Positions 1 to 12,822 of a stretch of 64,000 bases of DNA are shown here, in pieces. A program made the position numbers and the translations under genes. Within the stretch, counting starts at the first letter, position 1; the number at the start of each line of letters is the position of its first letter. The notes under the pieces are model-generated. The model was not told the origin of the DNA. It worked only from the letters and a program-made list of their open reading frames with translations, and did no database searches. Source of the DNA: Mobula hypostoma (Eukaryota); the NCBI RefSeq assembly GCF_963921235.1, contig NC_086108.1, positions 28,026,001 to 28,090,000 on the forward strand, given 5' to 3'.

Positions 1-70
1 AAAATTAATCTGAGCAATGTATATGGTGACACTAATGTACTTTGATAATAAATTTACTTTGAACTTTGAA
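1..70 (+). repeat. 3' tail of a Rex1/Babar-type LINE
   Basis: gtatatggtgac...tgataataaatttactttgaactttgaa; the same tail ends the LINE fragment at ~51270-51323. Confidence 0.6.
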
Positions 71-238
71 ATATAACAAACAAACACTTAAATAGGCAAA
101 AAAATAGAATGATACTGCCCTAATGCAGGTAAGTAAAATTAATGAAAATAAACAAAAGGTTGGCATAAACGTGTTGGCTGAAGAGATTGTTTTGGTGCCA
201 TATGTGCCATATGTGGGAAAACTGCCCACTACTCACCT

Positions 239-384
239 TTCAAAATGCTTGGTCAGGAAGCATCTATGGAAAAGAATAAGAAGTTGACGCTTCCGGCCGA
301 GACCCTTCATCCTGAATTCCTCCAGCATTTTGTGTGGGTTGCTTGGATTTCCAGCATCTGCAGATTTTTTCTTGTTTGTGATTG
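239..384. mobile_element. Short two-armed Penelope-like (PLE) terminal insertion, old
   Basis: Minus arm to gacccttcatc, plus arm ending ccagcatctgcagatttt...gtttgtg; imperfect TSD cactactcacct (227-238) / cattattcacct (385-396). Confidence 0.7.
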
Positions 385-1054
385 CATTATTCACCTCTCC
401 CTGTTTTCCTTTCTGTAGAAATCGGGTGAATGTCTTAAAAGCTGCTGATCTCAAGGGATAGGTCATCCTAGGCCCATTCCTCCGCTCGGATGTGCTACAG
501 AAGTGCCTGCCCACCTTTCCTGCTTGCTAAGAGTGCAAAGAGTTGACATTCCACCACAAAGAGGCAGCCCACCAGGAGGCCATCCTCTTTGCCCAACCAT
601 TTTCCATCCCATCTCCTGGAATGCATTGACAATAGGCTCTAAAAAATAGTTTGTAACTGATCTTTAAATGAACATTAAGAAAAATGAATAAATCTGAAAT
701 AAAAGCAGAAATGTAGGTTAAAGCAGCATCTGTAGAAAGAGAATCAGAATTAATGTCTCAGATAGAATGTTGCTGACAGCAGAACTTACTTTTAAATGAA
801 TCTGATAAATATTTGAAAAATGGAGTTAAATCATTTAAAGATTAAATATTAAGCAAAAATGTCAAAATAATTAAAATCACCCCCAAAATTTGAATAAATA
901 AGTAAAAATGACATATAATCACAAATTCCTCTGTGAGGGGAATGTCCTAAAGTGTAAGGCACTCCTTTTAATGTAATATGTATAAGATCTAGGCATGGAT
1001 ATGGGCAGTAAGACCAATTAATTTACTCTTCTAAATAGCTGCTACAGACAAATA

Positions 1055-1175
1055 GAGTCTTAAAATGCTGAATTATTCTGTGGATATTTGTCCGCCAAAT
1101 AGAATAGTGGTGAGATTGAGTCTTACGTGCTGAATTGTTCTGTGTATATTTGCTGGCCAAATTGAATAGTGCTGT
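1055..1175. repeat. Two-copy ~62-bp tandem duplication
   Basis: gagtctta..tgctgaatt.ttctgtg.atatttg...gccaaat.gaatagtg occurs twice. Confidence 0.7.
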
Positions 1176-1394
1176 AAAAAGATGCAGATATTGTGATGGA
1201 CTTACCAGTAGTTTTTACCCTATTCACAGTACACTTAAAATTTATACAATATACTCATTACTGTGATTTCAAGGACCAGCAAATGCTAACAGCTTTGTTG
1301 ACTGTGTTAGTTAATATCCATGGGAGCATGTTTCAAGGGAGACTAACACAAGTTCAAGCCAAACAGTACTGATTAGATCTATGCCTGCACCTCT

Positions 1395-1830
1395 TAAGGA
1401 GATAATCGCCTTCAGGAGAGATAATGTATTGAAAAAACTAGCTAGTCGAAATTCAGACAAATCCCTAGATCCCAATGGCCTGCACCTGAGGATTTTAGAG
1501 GAAGCAGCTATAAAGATAGTGAAGCCATTGGCTGAAGATTTTCAAAACTCACCAAGTTCTGAGTGGATTGGAAAGCCGAAAAATGTGACTCCATTTCTCA
1601 AGGCGGGGGAGAAATAAAAAAATGGACAGCTATGAGTCTGTTAGCTTTCTGCTGTTAGCAGGTTGCTGGAGACTATAATCAAGAAAGAATTAGTCTGTCA
1701 TTTTGAAAAGCTTAATATAATTAAACAAAGTCAATATGAATGGTAAATTATGTTTGACAAATTCAACTCAGTACTTTGACAATGTATCAAGAGGAGCTAA
1801 TGAAGAAGAGCCAGATATAGCATACATAGA
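1395..1830 (+). mobile_element. Degraded CR1 LINE ORF2 fragment
   Basis: DKSLDPNGLHLRILEEAA...NVTPFLK matches the CR1 motif also seen at 22929-23356. Confidence 0.75.
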
Positions 1831-2353
1831 TTGTATTTATGCAGTTTCAGGCTGCTCTCCTGAGCTTCAGAATTAACAAGGAAGGGCAGGATCTAGTGGA
1901 GGAAGCAGCAAGAGACCTGGCCAACATCACTAAGCTCCTTTCTTTCTTTTGAATACATCAGTTTCTACCAAGTTGGGCAGCATCCTATGTCTTCTTTTCA
2001 AATTACGGCAGGAAGCGAGGAGCTGGTGCTGGGGTGCTGGTTGTCAGAGGACAAGCAAAGTGTGCAGTGCTAAGCACAGTACCATTATAGCTGTCATGTG
2101 GTGCCTGTGGTGATGGGGACGGGGCAGTCATCATGGAATCAGACCACAAGCTACCAGTTGCATGCATTTCCCATTCATTCTATACCAGAGGAAAACATTA
2201 TACACAGATGATAAACAAACTCCAGCCATTGTAGGATTAGTGTGATTGATAGTGCAAATCTGTGATGCATTTCTCCATGGTTTCTATCATTTCCCTGTTA
2301 TTTTGTAGAATTAGGATCACTTTTTTAAGAAGCTCCTCATCAAAAGACATTCC

Positions 2354-2689
2354 TAAACATAAAAGATTCTGCAGATGCTAGAAATTGCTTCTTTCTCTTT
2401 CTTCAATGGTCCACTGTCTTCTCTCATTGGATTCCTCCTTTTCTTTCAGCCCTTTACCTCTTCCACCTACCACCTCATAACTTCTTACTTCATACCCCTC
2501 CCTCATCTCTTCACCTTACCCCTCACCTGCTGGTTGGTACTCCTTCCCCTCCCTCCACCTTCTGTCCCTTCCTTTCCAGTCCTGATGAAGAACCTTGGTG
2601 TGAAAGGTCAATGGTTAATTCCGCTGGTTAATTCCGTTGTTTTGATGCTGCCTGACTTGCTGAGTTCCTGCAGCATTTTCTGTGTGTTG
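2354..2689. mobile_element. PLE terminal insertion: ~33-nt inverted tail plus a plus-strand arm
   Basis: 13-bp TSD caaaagacattcc (2341-2353, 2690-2702); pyrimidine-rich 3' region and a degenerate ctgatga...tgaaaggtc motif. Confidence 0.8.
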
Positions 2690-2759
2690 CAAAAGACATT
2701 CCACTCTAGTCACAGATAAACCACCAGTGTCCATATTTAGACCGAAGTTAACCAATTGT

Positions 2760-3515
2760 TCAACAACAACAGCTGCACAAATGTATCATCGTATCATACC
2801 GCTCTTCATCATAGCTCGTCACACCAGACAGCCAGCCACTCTCGTGTTGTTTGGTTGATGCTGAGCAGGTCAGTGTCAGCTAAGTCAGGTGAGAGTGGGC
2901 AGTTGCGCAAAACGTGTTCAACCATTTCGCCACACTCACAGGATTCACTGGTCTTTAAACCCCACTTCACCATGTTGTCTCCCGTCCTACAAGCTCCCGC
3001 TCTCGCTCTGCTGAGAGTGCACCACTTCCGTCTGTCAAGCAGTGCCCCGTCTGGCAACATTTCTGTTGGGTCTTGTCCGGTGGGGTTCTGGCTTCTGTTT
3101 GTTGCCAGAGATCGATCCTGTATGTTTGGGGGGATGTTCCGTGAGGTAGTTCCTCCACTGTAGCAAAGCTTTTCCTCAATTTTAGGCGGTTGGAAACTGG
3201 CACATGATGATGCAGTGGGTGCCGTGAATCCAAGTTCTATTTACCTTTTTCAATTTTTGTTGCAGTGTGTCTTCGGATCTCTGGGGGAGCAATGCCTGCA
3301 AGTCTGTAAATGATGTTAGCGGGTGTGGGGCGCAGTGTGCCCGTGATTATTCAGCAGGCTTTGTTAAGCAATGGGTCTATTTTCTTCACATGGGCTGATC
3401 TGCCCCACACAGGTGCACAGTATTCTGCAGGAGCATAGCAGAGTGCTAGGGCAGTTGATCCAAATGTGTGAGCATTAGCTCCCCATTTCATGCCTGCTAA
3501 TTTTTTCAAGAGAGA
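2760..3515 (-). mobile_element. 5'-truncated non-LTR retrotransposon, probably Vingi/Ingi (I group); C-terminal region with CCHC motif
   Basis: ALALCYAPAEYCAPVW, HPLHHH..RLKLRKSF, KWG..CECGEMVEHVLRNCP in successive broken frames; ends in (gtt)n. Confidence 0.7.
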
Positions 3516-4149
3516 AAAGGATAAAAGGATCATACCGCTGTCAAAAGCGGACTACTCTTTCCAACACTCCTTATCAAAGTAGAATACTACAGTTGTTGTG
3601 TTGCCCTGTTTGCCTCATAAAGGAGACAATGACTAATTCAGAGCACAGCAGCTTGCTATGACAAGCTGGCATGATGGTTTTCTGATGGTAAGCAAAGTTG
3701 CCTAACTACTTTCATGAAGTCCTGCTAAAAGAGGCATCTTATCAGGTGCGAGTGAATCAGAAGTGACACACTGTGAACAGATCAGACCTTTCTGGTGGGA
3801 ACCAGGACCAACTTGCACTTGACAGAACCGTGTGACAAAGAAATGGGCATGTGTGCTGAATGCTCATGGAAGCCCAGGCCCAGTCACCCCCCATGCAAAT
3901 TGACCACATGATGGCAATGGTCACATGAAAGTAGGCTGATTGCATTAGACTGGAACTTATCAGGACATTGAAGACCTGAAGTCCTGCTTGGTGTGTCAAG
4001 ACAGTAGCTGCCACCTCTCCAGTGAATCCTGAAAGTGACCAGACTAACTCTTCCAGAGTCATACAGTGACCTCTTTCCATCTAAAAAGGAATACTTCCCT
4101 CTTTTGGTGGAAAACCTATTCAAAACAGTTATAGATGTTGCTCGGAGGA

Positions 4150-5180
4150 TCATACACCTCTGTTAAACAGACCACAGAGACTCTCAGGGCAGTCTTACAA
4201 ATTATGACCTCCATGAGGAATTAGCTTTAATAAAAATCCAACATTAAGATCGAGGTAGTTGTTTTATCTTGCTCGCCTCCAATGGGATTGGCACAATTTA
4301 ATATTTCTACCCCAGCCAGCGTTCAGTGGGCTGGTGGAATGATCAGTACAAACAGTGAAGGAGATAATGAACTAAGGGTCCAAGTGAAGAGTAGGTGCCC
4401 TCAGTAAATTGTATCTCTTCAAGCACCAGCCCACATCTTATTTCACCTTGGAGTCTTCCCTGGCTAAGGTGCTGATGAGTCAACAGTTGTGGATGAGGCC
4501 CTGTTTGTTGCAGCACTATTTGGACAGACAGACAAAGAAAAGAAGAGCCGAAGTGGGTGACACAAATAAAAGATGGAAGGCAGTGTTCTGACAATTAGAC
4601 CCTGTGAGATTGCCATGGAGAGACTGTGAAGGAACTGGGAATATCAAGCAACACAGTGCAGATGGGCAACAGTTGGACCATGATCAAGAATCTGAGATAC
4701 AGTAAGACCAAAGATGTAAGCTACAGGGCAAGTGATTACAAGACAAACTACTGTTGGACACCATGTGGGTCAGAAGGGACATGGGGCCCACTGCAAGGTG
4801 GCTGGCACACAGCCTGCAGGATGTGGTGACACTGCATACCTAGTGTGGGCTTCAGAGTTGAGGAATGCCCTTGCATCTGAGGGGATCCCAGTAAGGTAAT
4901 AACCACCAGATCACTTGAACTTATAATTTAATGAATTTTATAATTGTAGGCATTGTGAATAATGAGCTGGTTGTGTAAACTAATTTCTCCAAATATTTTA
5001 AATGGGTTCAGTTCTACCTGAAGGGAGAGTTTTGTGGTAGACCTTTGTGTAGGACATCTTTAAAATCTAAGTTATCACTCTGATACATTACTACATCAGA
5101 TATGAGAACTTTATTCAGAGTTACAGTTTTTAATAAAGGTTGTTCCTTCTACAACTTTGCCTATACAGCAACAAAACCAA
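4150..5180 (+). mobile_element. Highly decayed Gypsy integrase remnant with a possible 3' LTR
   Basis: Remnants resembling ASNGLVERSVQTVK (~4315-4360) and SPAELLMGRQLR (~4450-4500); purine tract gaagggagag at ~5020. Confidence 0.45.
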
Positions 5181-5397
5181 ACACAATAAAATAGTTGGTA
5201 TTACAGTCCTCCGGAATAACTACCAACATTGGCTTGAGACGAACGGCTTGCATTGGTTTGTCCCAAGGCTAAGTTGGACTCAAACCTCATTGCCCAAGGG
5301 ATAGTCATGAATGTAATTAATAGTGATAGTTGGTCATTGAAGTCCTATTGATGTGGCAATGGCATAAGTTTTTTGTATGTCCTGCATACATTGTCCA

Positions 5398-6100
5398 CAC
5401 ATTGCATTTCTAACTAGCATAGCACCCTCCCCCCCACCATGTCTTTAAGAAATAGAGGGAAAAATACATCAACATTGCATCTTCAGTAAATTAAACAGAC
5501 CACACTGTCCCCTGCTGCTTAATTCCCATATACAAACATTGCATCTACAGTGAATTAAACAGACCACACTGTCCCCTGCTGCTTAATTCCCATATACTAA
5601 CATTGCATCTACAGTGACTTGTATGGACTATACTGCCTCCTGCTGTTTCACAAGAAGCATTACTACTGCACCCACAGTGGATTTTAAGTCCCCACCAGCT
5701 CCTGTCATGTAATTGCCAAAGTTCAACATTAAACCCGCAGTGACTATTACAGAAAACAGAGCCTCCTCCTGTTTAACTTAATGCAGTATATAGTCAAAAG
5801 CACCTGCAGTACAAAGTGCAAACACATCACTCTCTGCTGTTTAAATCACACACATTAACATTGACTCTGTGGGAAATCATACATTTCTGCTCTTTAGCAA
5901 AATATATCAAAATTGCACCTGCAGTTAATAGGGCAGCTCTCACAGCCCCTTGTTGTTTATTTCCCATATAGCAACATCATACTTCCAGAAACTATGTAGA
6001 TCATGGCATGCCCACTGCTTAGCATGATGTCAACATCTGGATTACAGTACATAGCACAGGGTGCACTGCCCCTGCCATTATATTCCCAGGCAGAATGTTT
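5398..6100. repeat. Degenerate ~64-bp minisatellite, about 10 units
   Basis: aacattgcatc..cagt...cctgctg unit starts at about 5471, 5535, 5599, 5662, 5725, 5796, 5857, 5909, 5973, 6032. Confidence 0.75.
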
Positions 6101-6164
6101 GCAACTGCATTGAATAGTGCAGGCCATACTGCCACCTGCTGTTTTATTCCCATGTCACCACAGC

Positions 6165-6915
6165 CCCAGAAATTTCCTTTCTTCTGCCTTCCTTCCTTCT
6201 TAAAGAGCAAAGTGACAGCTGAAATTTTCCAGTCTTCAGGAACCTTTCCAGAATCTAGCGATTCTAGAAACATCGCTTCTAATGCCTTCATAATCTCTTC
6301 AGTTACCTCTTTCAAAACCCTCATGCGTCGACCATCTAGTCCAGGTGAGTTACCAGACATTTCAGGTTTCCAAGCATCTTTTCGTTAGTAATAGCAACAC
6401 CCACTTCTGCCCCCTGACACTGTCAAATTTCTGGCATTCTGCAGGTGTCTTCCACAATGAAGACTGAATAGAAATACTTACTAAGTTCATCTGTCATTTC
6501 TTTGTCCCCAATTACTACCTCTCTGGCATCACTTTCCAGCGGACCAATATCCACTCACCTCCTTTACTCTTTTTGTATCTGAAAAATGGCTTTGGTATCA
6601 TCCTTGATATTTCATATTTCATTTTTTCCTTCCTTATGATTTTTTTTAGTTGCCTTTTAGTTGATTTTTAAAAGCTTCCTAATCCTCTAACTTCCCACTA
6701 ATTTTTGCTATATTACATGCCCTCTTTTTTGCTTTTATTCTGTCCTTGACTTCCCTTGTCACCCACGGTTGCCTCATCCTCCTTTTAGACTACTTCTTCA
6801 TCTTTAGGATATATCTATCATGCAGCTTCCAAATTGCTTCCATAAACTGCCATCATCTCTGCTGCTGTCCCTTCCCAATCAACTTTGGCCAACTCCTATT
6901 TCATTAATTCCCTTT
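6165..6915 (-). mobile_element. CR1 LINE ORF2 fragment
   Basis: SPGLDG..RVLKEVTEEI..SLDSGKVPEDWKI..LFKK in ORF 6019-6360. Confidence 0.85.
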
Positions 6916-7180
6916 TTAAAAAAAGTTCAAGGTTCAAAGTACATTTATTATCCAAGTATGTATACTATATACAAACTTGAGATTCATCTCCTTACAGGCA
7001 ACCACAAAACAAAGAAACTTAATAGAACCCATAAAAAAATAAGACTATCAAACACTCAATGTGCAGAAAAAAATAAAAAATCATGCAAATAAAAGTAAGC
7101 AAATAACATTCACCAAAGTGAATCCACAACCACAAAGCCAGTCATTACTGCAGCCAATTCAGGAGCCCATTTGTTGCAGG

Positions 7181-7644
7181 TGTTACATGCTCAAGGAGAT
7201 CTGTTTTTTTTGTGAGAATGATATAATGGTCTTTTGGAGGTCACCTGATGTGATTTTCCCGCCGATGTGAGGTCACGTGAATATATAAGCGTCGACCCAG
7301 GTAAGGCAGTTAGTTTTTGAGTTTGCAGATTTCCAGGTACAACGTGTCGTGCCTCCGATTCTGTTGCATGTTTGTTTTTGTGACACAGTTTCATTTTTAA
7401 AACGGAAGGTGCATTCTCTTACAAGATTTTGTGTTATTGGACTGGAAGTTTGTGGCAGGAAGTGCCAATTTACTCAATTCCGACAGTTTTGAAAGGAGAG
7501 TGAAGAATTCATCGAAGTGAAGGATTGAGAGAAGTCGGCATCGTTTGGCAGTTTAATAAAGAATCGACCTTATTGAGACTTCGTTGGAGAGAACCTGCAT
7601 CGAGATAACTCTTGCAAAAGGGCAATGAGTTCATGCAAAAAGGT

Positions 7645-7708
<64 letters not shown>

Positions 7709-8061
7709 AAGGAATTTAAAGTCAGTTGATTTAAACTGTTTATTTTTGGCATCGGGAATCCTGTGGACAGAACCAGCAGTAAAGGTGCATCTGTGAAGAA
7801 ATCCTTCTCCAGAGAAGTCTCTCCCAATTGAATGTGAAAAACTGTTGGACTTCCGAAGTTATCGCTTTAAGAACTGTTTTCGCATTTAACGCTTTAAGAA
7901 CCAGAGCCGAATGGAGTTGGTGAACGGCTGCGTACCTGTTAACCTCCGGTTAAAGTTTTCCTTTGTTTTTTTGCCTTATCGTTTATACGTGTTTAATAAA
8001 TGTTTGGTTGTTTTTATATAACCTGTCTCGATTAATATTCATTGTTGCCAGCTACGTAACA
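7181..8061 (+). repeat. 5' LTR
   Basis: Direct repeat of 11591-12480; TG...CA ends; internal (ct)n; aataaa at ~7995. Confidence 0.95.
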
Positions 8062-8068
8062 TAATTTG

Positions 8069-8086
8069 TGGGGGCTCGACCAGGAG
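8069..8086 (+). promoter_or_regulatory. Primer-binding site, tRNA-Pro type
   Basis: tgggggctcgaccaggag versus the canonical TGGGGGCTCGTCCGGGAT, just inside the 5' LTR. Confidence 0.8.
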
Positions 8087-8192
8087 ATGTTCTGATTTTG
8101 AGTTTATGTTCTGGTAATTGCCATTTTGATTTGGAAAAGAAGAATACCCGATTTTTTTTGTTTGATTAGTGTGTGTGTTGTATTCAGCAACA

Positions 8193-9311
8193 ATGAATAT
8201 TGATGGTTTTTTGAAGGCGCCTGACTCGGGATTTTTAGAGACTGTGAGAAAACCTGTGGTATTGGAGATTGCTAAGAGTTTGGATATTAAAGGGATTACG
8301 AGAAATTCCACCAAGGCTTTCATACAAAGAAAAATTGCTGAACATTATATTAATTTGGAATTGTTTGATCAGGAGGTGTTAGATAAGTTTCCACTGAGTA
8401 ATCTGGAAATGCAGTTGCATCTTGAACAGTTAAAGTTTAAAACATTTAAAGTGGAAATGGCCGAAAGAGAGGCTAATAGAAAAAGGGAATTTGAAGAAAG
8501 AGAAGCCCTTAGAAAAATGGAGTTTGCAGAAAGAGAAGCTGAAAACCAGAGAAAATTCGAGCTAGAGATGCAGAAATTTAAGTTCAAGAGCCTGTCTTCT
8601 GGTTCTACGAAACAATTTATTGCTAGTCGTGAAGTTGTTTTGGCTCCTCCATTTAATGAAGCTGATGTGGATGCATATTTTCAACATTTCGAAATAGTTG
8701 CTCTGAGTTTAAAGTGGCCGAAGGACCAATGGCCAATGATGTTACAAAGTGTAATTAAAGGCAAGGCACAACAAGTTTATACAGCTTTAAATGCTGAGCA
8801 AGCACTGGATTATGATATTGTTAAAGAGAATATATTAAAGGCGTACAAGATGGTTCCGGAAGCATATAGAGAAAGATTTAGAAGTTTAAAGAAATCGATG
8901 GAAAAAACTTATGTGGAATTTGCCTATGAGAAATCTGTGTGCTTTGAGAGATGGGTTTCCTCTAAAAATGTGAATGAGGAGTATAATAAATTGAAAGAGC
9001 TGATTTTGCAGGAAGAATTTAAAAGAAGCATTCCTGTTGAAGTGAGAACATACTTAAATGAACGGGACACTGCTACATTGCAGGAGATTGCTAAATTGGC
9101 TGATGAGTATGTTTTAATTCACAAGAATAAATTTTCTCCAGGTAAAATTTTTAAAAGGAAAACTAGCACAGAGAGTCAAGGTAAACCAGAAATTAAATCT
9201 GAAGTTGGTGAGAAAAGTAAGGATGAAGGGAGACATGTGAAGGAAAGACATTTTGGTATTATTTGTAATTATTGTAAGAAACCTGGACATGTAGTCGCTA
9301 ATTGCTTCTGA
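8193..9311 (+). pseudogene. gag: Gag with SCAN-like capsid region and CCHC zinc knuckle
   Basis: VPEAYRERFR..LKELILQEEFK; CNYCKKPGHVVANC; the stop at 9309-9311 looks premature because the frame continues. Confidence 0.9.
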
Positions 9312-9399
9312 TTGAAATGGAAAGAGAAAGAAGTGGCCCCAGATGCTTGTGTGCAACATATTGGAAAACCTGTAAAACCACACAAATATTACTGAAGAT

Positions 9400-11260
9400 G
9401 TGTCAGAGTCTGACCAAGTTAAGAAAGGATATGAAGCTTTTATAACAGAAGGATTTGTATCCTTGAAAGGAGGATCCAATGAAGTACCGATAAGGATACT
9501 TAGAGATACTAGAGCTTCACAATCACTAATATTAGATAGTGTGTTAAGGTTTAGTGATGAGTCTGACATTGGTGAGGTAAATTATATAAGAGGAGTAGGG
9601 AGTGCCCTTATGCCAGTACATTTACATAGGGTAAATTTAAGGTCAGGATTAGTTACAGGGGTTGTTAAAGTAGGACTACAATCCAGTTTACCTGTGAATG
9701 ATGTTTCTCTTTTGTTAGGGAATGATTTAGCAGGTGGACAAGTTTTTCCTGAAGTGCGTTTGACAATAAATTCAAATTCTGAGGAACCACAGAGGGATTC
9801 TAACACAGATTCTTCCTGTGTTGTAACAAGAGCTATGGCTAAAAAGACTGATGTAAAGGATGAGGTGGTTACCCATGACAGTTCAAATCAAAATTCGAAT
9901 TTTGAGGATGTATCAGAAACTTTCTTGCCGACCTTATTTGATCAGGATTTTGGTGGTAAGTCTGATCAGGAAACTTTGTCTCTATCTCGGAAGGAGATGA
10001 TAGCAGAGCAGGGTAGGGATCCTGAGATAGTTAAATTAAAAGAACAAGCTCTTCCAGATAGTGAAATTGGAAAAGTACCAGTCGGATATTATTTTGAAAA
10101 GGGGGTATTAATGACAAAGTGGAGATCGCCTACAATTCCTGCCAGTGAGGAATGGGAAGTTAATCACCAAGTTGCTGTTCCTAAAATTTACCGAAAGGAG
10201 ATTTTGACTATGGCTCATAGTATTCCTTTGGGTGGTCAGTTAGGGGTAAAGAAAACTATGAACAAAGTTTCTAAACATTTTTATTGGCCTAGTTTAAGAC
10301 AAGATATGGTGACATTTTGTAGAATGTGTCATACATGTCAAATTGTTGGTAAACCTAATCAGGTTACTCCAATGGCTCCACTGCAACCAATTCCTGTATT
10401 TGGTGAGCTGTTTTCAAAAATCATTGTAGACTGTGTAGGTCCTTTGCCAAAAACTAAAACTGGACATCAATATTTGTTAACTATTATGTGCACAGCATCT
10501 AGGTTTCCAGAGGCAATACCTCTTAGGAATATAACACCCAAAACTGTGACAAAGGCTCTTATAAAATTCTTCACTTATTTTGGGCTGCCTAAGGAAATAC
10601 AATCAGATCAAGGTAGTAATTTTATGTCTGGGTTGTTTCAGCAGATAGTTGATAAACTGGGAGCAAAGCAGATTATTTCCTCAGTTTATCATCCACAATC
10701 ACAAGGAGCCTTGGAGAGGTTTCATTCTACACTAAAAACTATGATTAGGACATATTGTGTAGAAAATGAAAAGGATTGGGATGAAGGTATACATCTACTA
10801 CTTTTTGCAGTAAGGGAGGCAGTACAGGAATCATTAGATTTTAGTCCTTTTGAACTTGTATTTGGACATAGAGTTCGAGGACCTTTGGCTTTGTTGAAGG
10901 AACAGTGGATTAATAAAGTACACACTAGTTTGTGAGATTATGTTTTGAAATTTAAAGAGAGATTGTACAAAGCTTGTAGTTTGGCCAAAGAAAATTTAAA
11001 GTTAGCTCAAGAGAAGATGAAGACGTGGTATGATAAGGAAGCTAGGATGAGGTCATTTAAGCCTGGAGATAAGGTGTTAGTTTTTTTCCCAGTGCAAACA
11101 AACCCATTACAAGAAAAGTTCTATGGTCCTTATGAGATTAAATCTAAAATAAATGAGGTGGATTATGTGGTTAAAAACCCCAGATAGGAGAAAGACGACA
11201 CAGCTGTGTCATATAAATATGATAAAACCATATTATGAAAGAGAAGAGGCCATTGTGACT
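9400..11260 (+). pseudogene. pol: Protease + integrase (H2C2 region, DDE core, GPY motif), disrupted
   Basis: ILRDTRASQS (PR); AHS..CRMCHTC; IVDCVGPLP, SDQGSNF, GALERFHSTLK; GPYEI; in-frame stop at 10933-10935 and a frameshift at ~11180. Confidence 0.92.
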
Positions 11261-11305
11261 GTTAAGGAAAAGGGTTAAGGAAATTAAACTCCAATTTAAT
11301 AATCC

Positions 11306-11392
11306 AGTTTAATGTTACAGGAGTACAATATTTTGATCACTCATGTAAAGTGTAAAGGCAATGTGATCGCTAATTGTCTGTCTAGATGTTAA
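11306..11392 (+). pseudogene. RNase H C-terminal remnant
   Basis: Translates SLMLQEYNILITHVKCKGNVIANCLSRC*, like the Gypsy RH end (..GKxNVxADxLSR). Confidence 0.85.
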
Positions 11393-11581
11393 ATGTACAA
11401 TGAAAATTTGTTTTTTTTCAGAGTGATATTTTATCATTTGTAACACTCCTACTGTACATTAGTTTGTAAAGAGCTGAAAGATAAGATTGTATATACTGTG
11501 TGTTTTGTAAATTTTATACCTTTGTATTTTTTTAGTATAAATTGTTAAAATTTTGTTCTTCAAGAGACCAAAATTTTTTTT

Positions 11582-11590
11582 GGAGGGAGG
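11582..11590 (+). promoter_or_regulatory. Polypurine tract
   Basis: T-run then ggagggagg immediately before the 3' LTR. Confidence 0.8.
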
Positions 11591-12480
11591 TGTTACATGC
11601 TCAAGGAGATCTGTCTTTTTTTTGTGAGAATGATGTAATGGTCTTTTGGAGGTCACCTGATGTGATTTTACCGCCGATATGAGGTCACGTGATGACATGT
11701 GGCCCATGACTATATAAGGGTCGACCCAGGTGATGCAGTTAGTTTTTGAGTTTGTAGATTTCCAGGTAGAACATGTCGTGCCTCCGTTTCTGTTGCGTAT
11801 TTGTTTTTGTGATGCAGTTTCATTCTTAAAACGAAAGGTGTGTTCTCTTACAAGATATTGTATTATTGGACTGAAAATTTGTGGCTGGAAGTGCCAATTT
11901 ACTCAATTCCGACAGTTTTGAAGGGAGAGTGAAGAATTCATCGAAGCGAAGAATCGAGAGAAGTCGGCATCGTTTGGCAGGTTAATAAAGAATCAACCTT
12001 ATTGAGTCTTCGTTGGAAAGAACCTGCATCGAGATAACTCTTGCAAAAGGGCAATGAGTTCATGCAAAAAGGTGCTCTCTCTCTCTCTCTCTCTCTCTCT
12101 AAAGGAATTTAAGGTCCGTTGATTTAAACTGTTTATTTTCGGCATCGGGAATCCTGTGGACAGAACCAGCAGTAAAGGTGCATCTGTGAAGAAATCCTTC
12201 TCCAGAGAAGTCTCTCCCAGTTGAATGTGTAAAACTGTTGGACTTCCGAAGTTATCACTTTAAGAACTATATCTGACTGTATCGCTTTAAGAACTGTTTT
12301 CGCATTTAACGCTTTAAGAACCAGAGCTGAGTGGAGTTGGTGAACGACTGCGTACCTGTTAACCTCCACTTAAAGTTTTCCTTTTTGTCTTCCCTTATCA
12401 TTTATACGTGTTTAATAAATGTTTGGTTGTTTTTATATAACCTGTCTCGATTAATATTCATTGTTGCTGGTTACATAACA
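11591..12480 (+). repeat. 3' LTR
   Basis: Direct repeat of 7181-8061 with substitutions and indels. Confidence 0.95.
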
Positions 12481-12822
12481 CAGGCGAAAGCCTCAGTTCA
12501 GTGAAGAGACAAGTAAACCTCACCAAGAAGCGAGCTAAATATTGGCTTGTCCCTCGCCTCCAGCTCTAACACCCTGATCTTTTTAATCTGGTCCGGCCCT
12601 TAACTCAGCCAAACCTCAGGTTGTTCCTAACTCTCGGACCCGGGCCCTGCTGCTTCAATACACTCTTGGGTCTGGGCCTGAGTCTGGGGCTGGCTGCCTT
12701 GAATCTACCTCACCTCCATTCATTTCAACTTGGTTTTGCGCATCAAATCCCCTCCAACTCTGCTCCAGCAATGACCAAACATTGCCTCATTCCCCACTCT
12801 CAGGCCTGGACCCGCCTTCTCA

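Larger units (their letters stand above)
7181..12480 (+). mobile_element. Gmr1-type Gypsy LTR retrotransposon, RT-deleted provirus
   Basis: Two LTRs (tgttac...taaca), 4-bp TSD cagg (7177-7180, 12481-12484), PBS, PPT, gag-PR-IN order with only the RNase H C-terminus after IN. Confidence 0.95.

Noticed and set aside
390..600. Possible splice acceptor (tttctgtag) and exon
   Set aside because: All three frames hit stops within ~15 codons.
5471..6100. CRISPR-like repeat-spacer array
   Set aside because: Whole units are homologous, there are no unique spacers or cas genes, and the context is eukaryotic.
8169..9311. Domesticated SCAN/gag host gene
   Set aside because: Lies within an LTR provirus with a TSD and disabling mutations.
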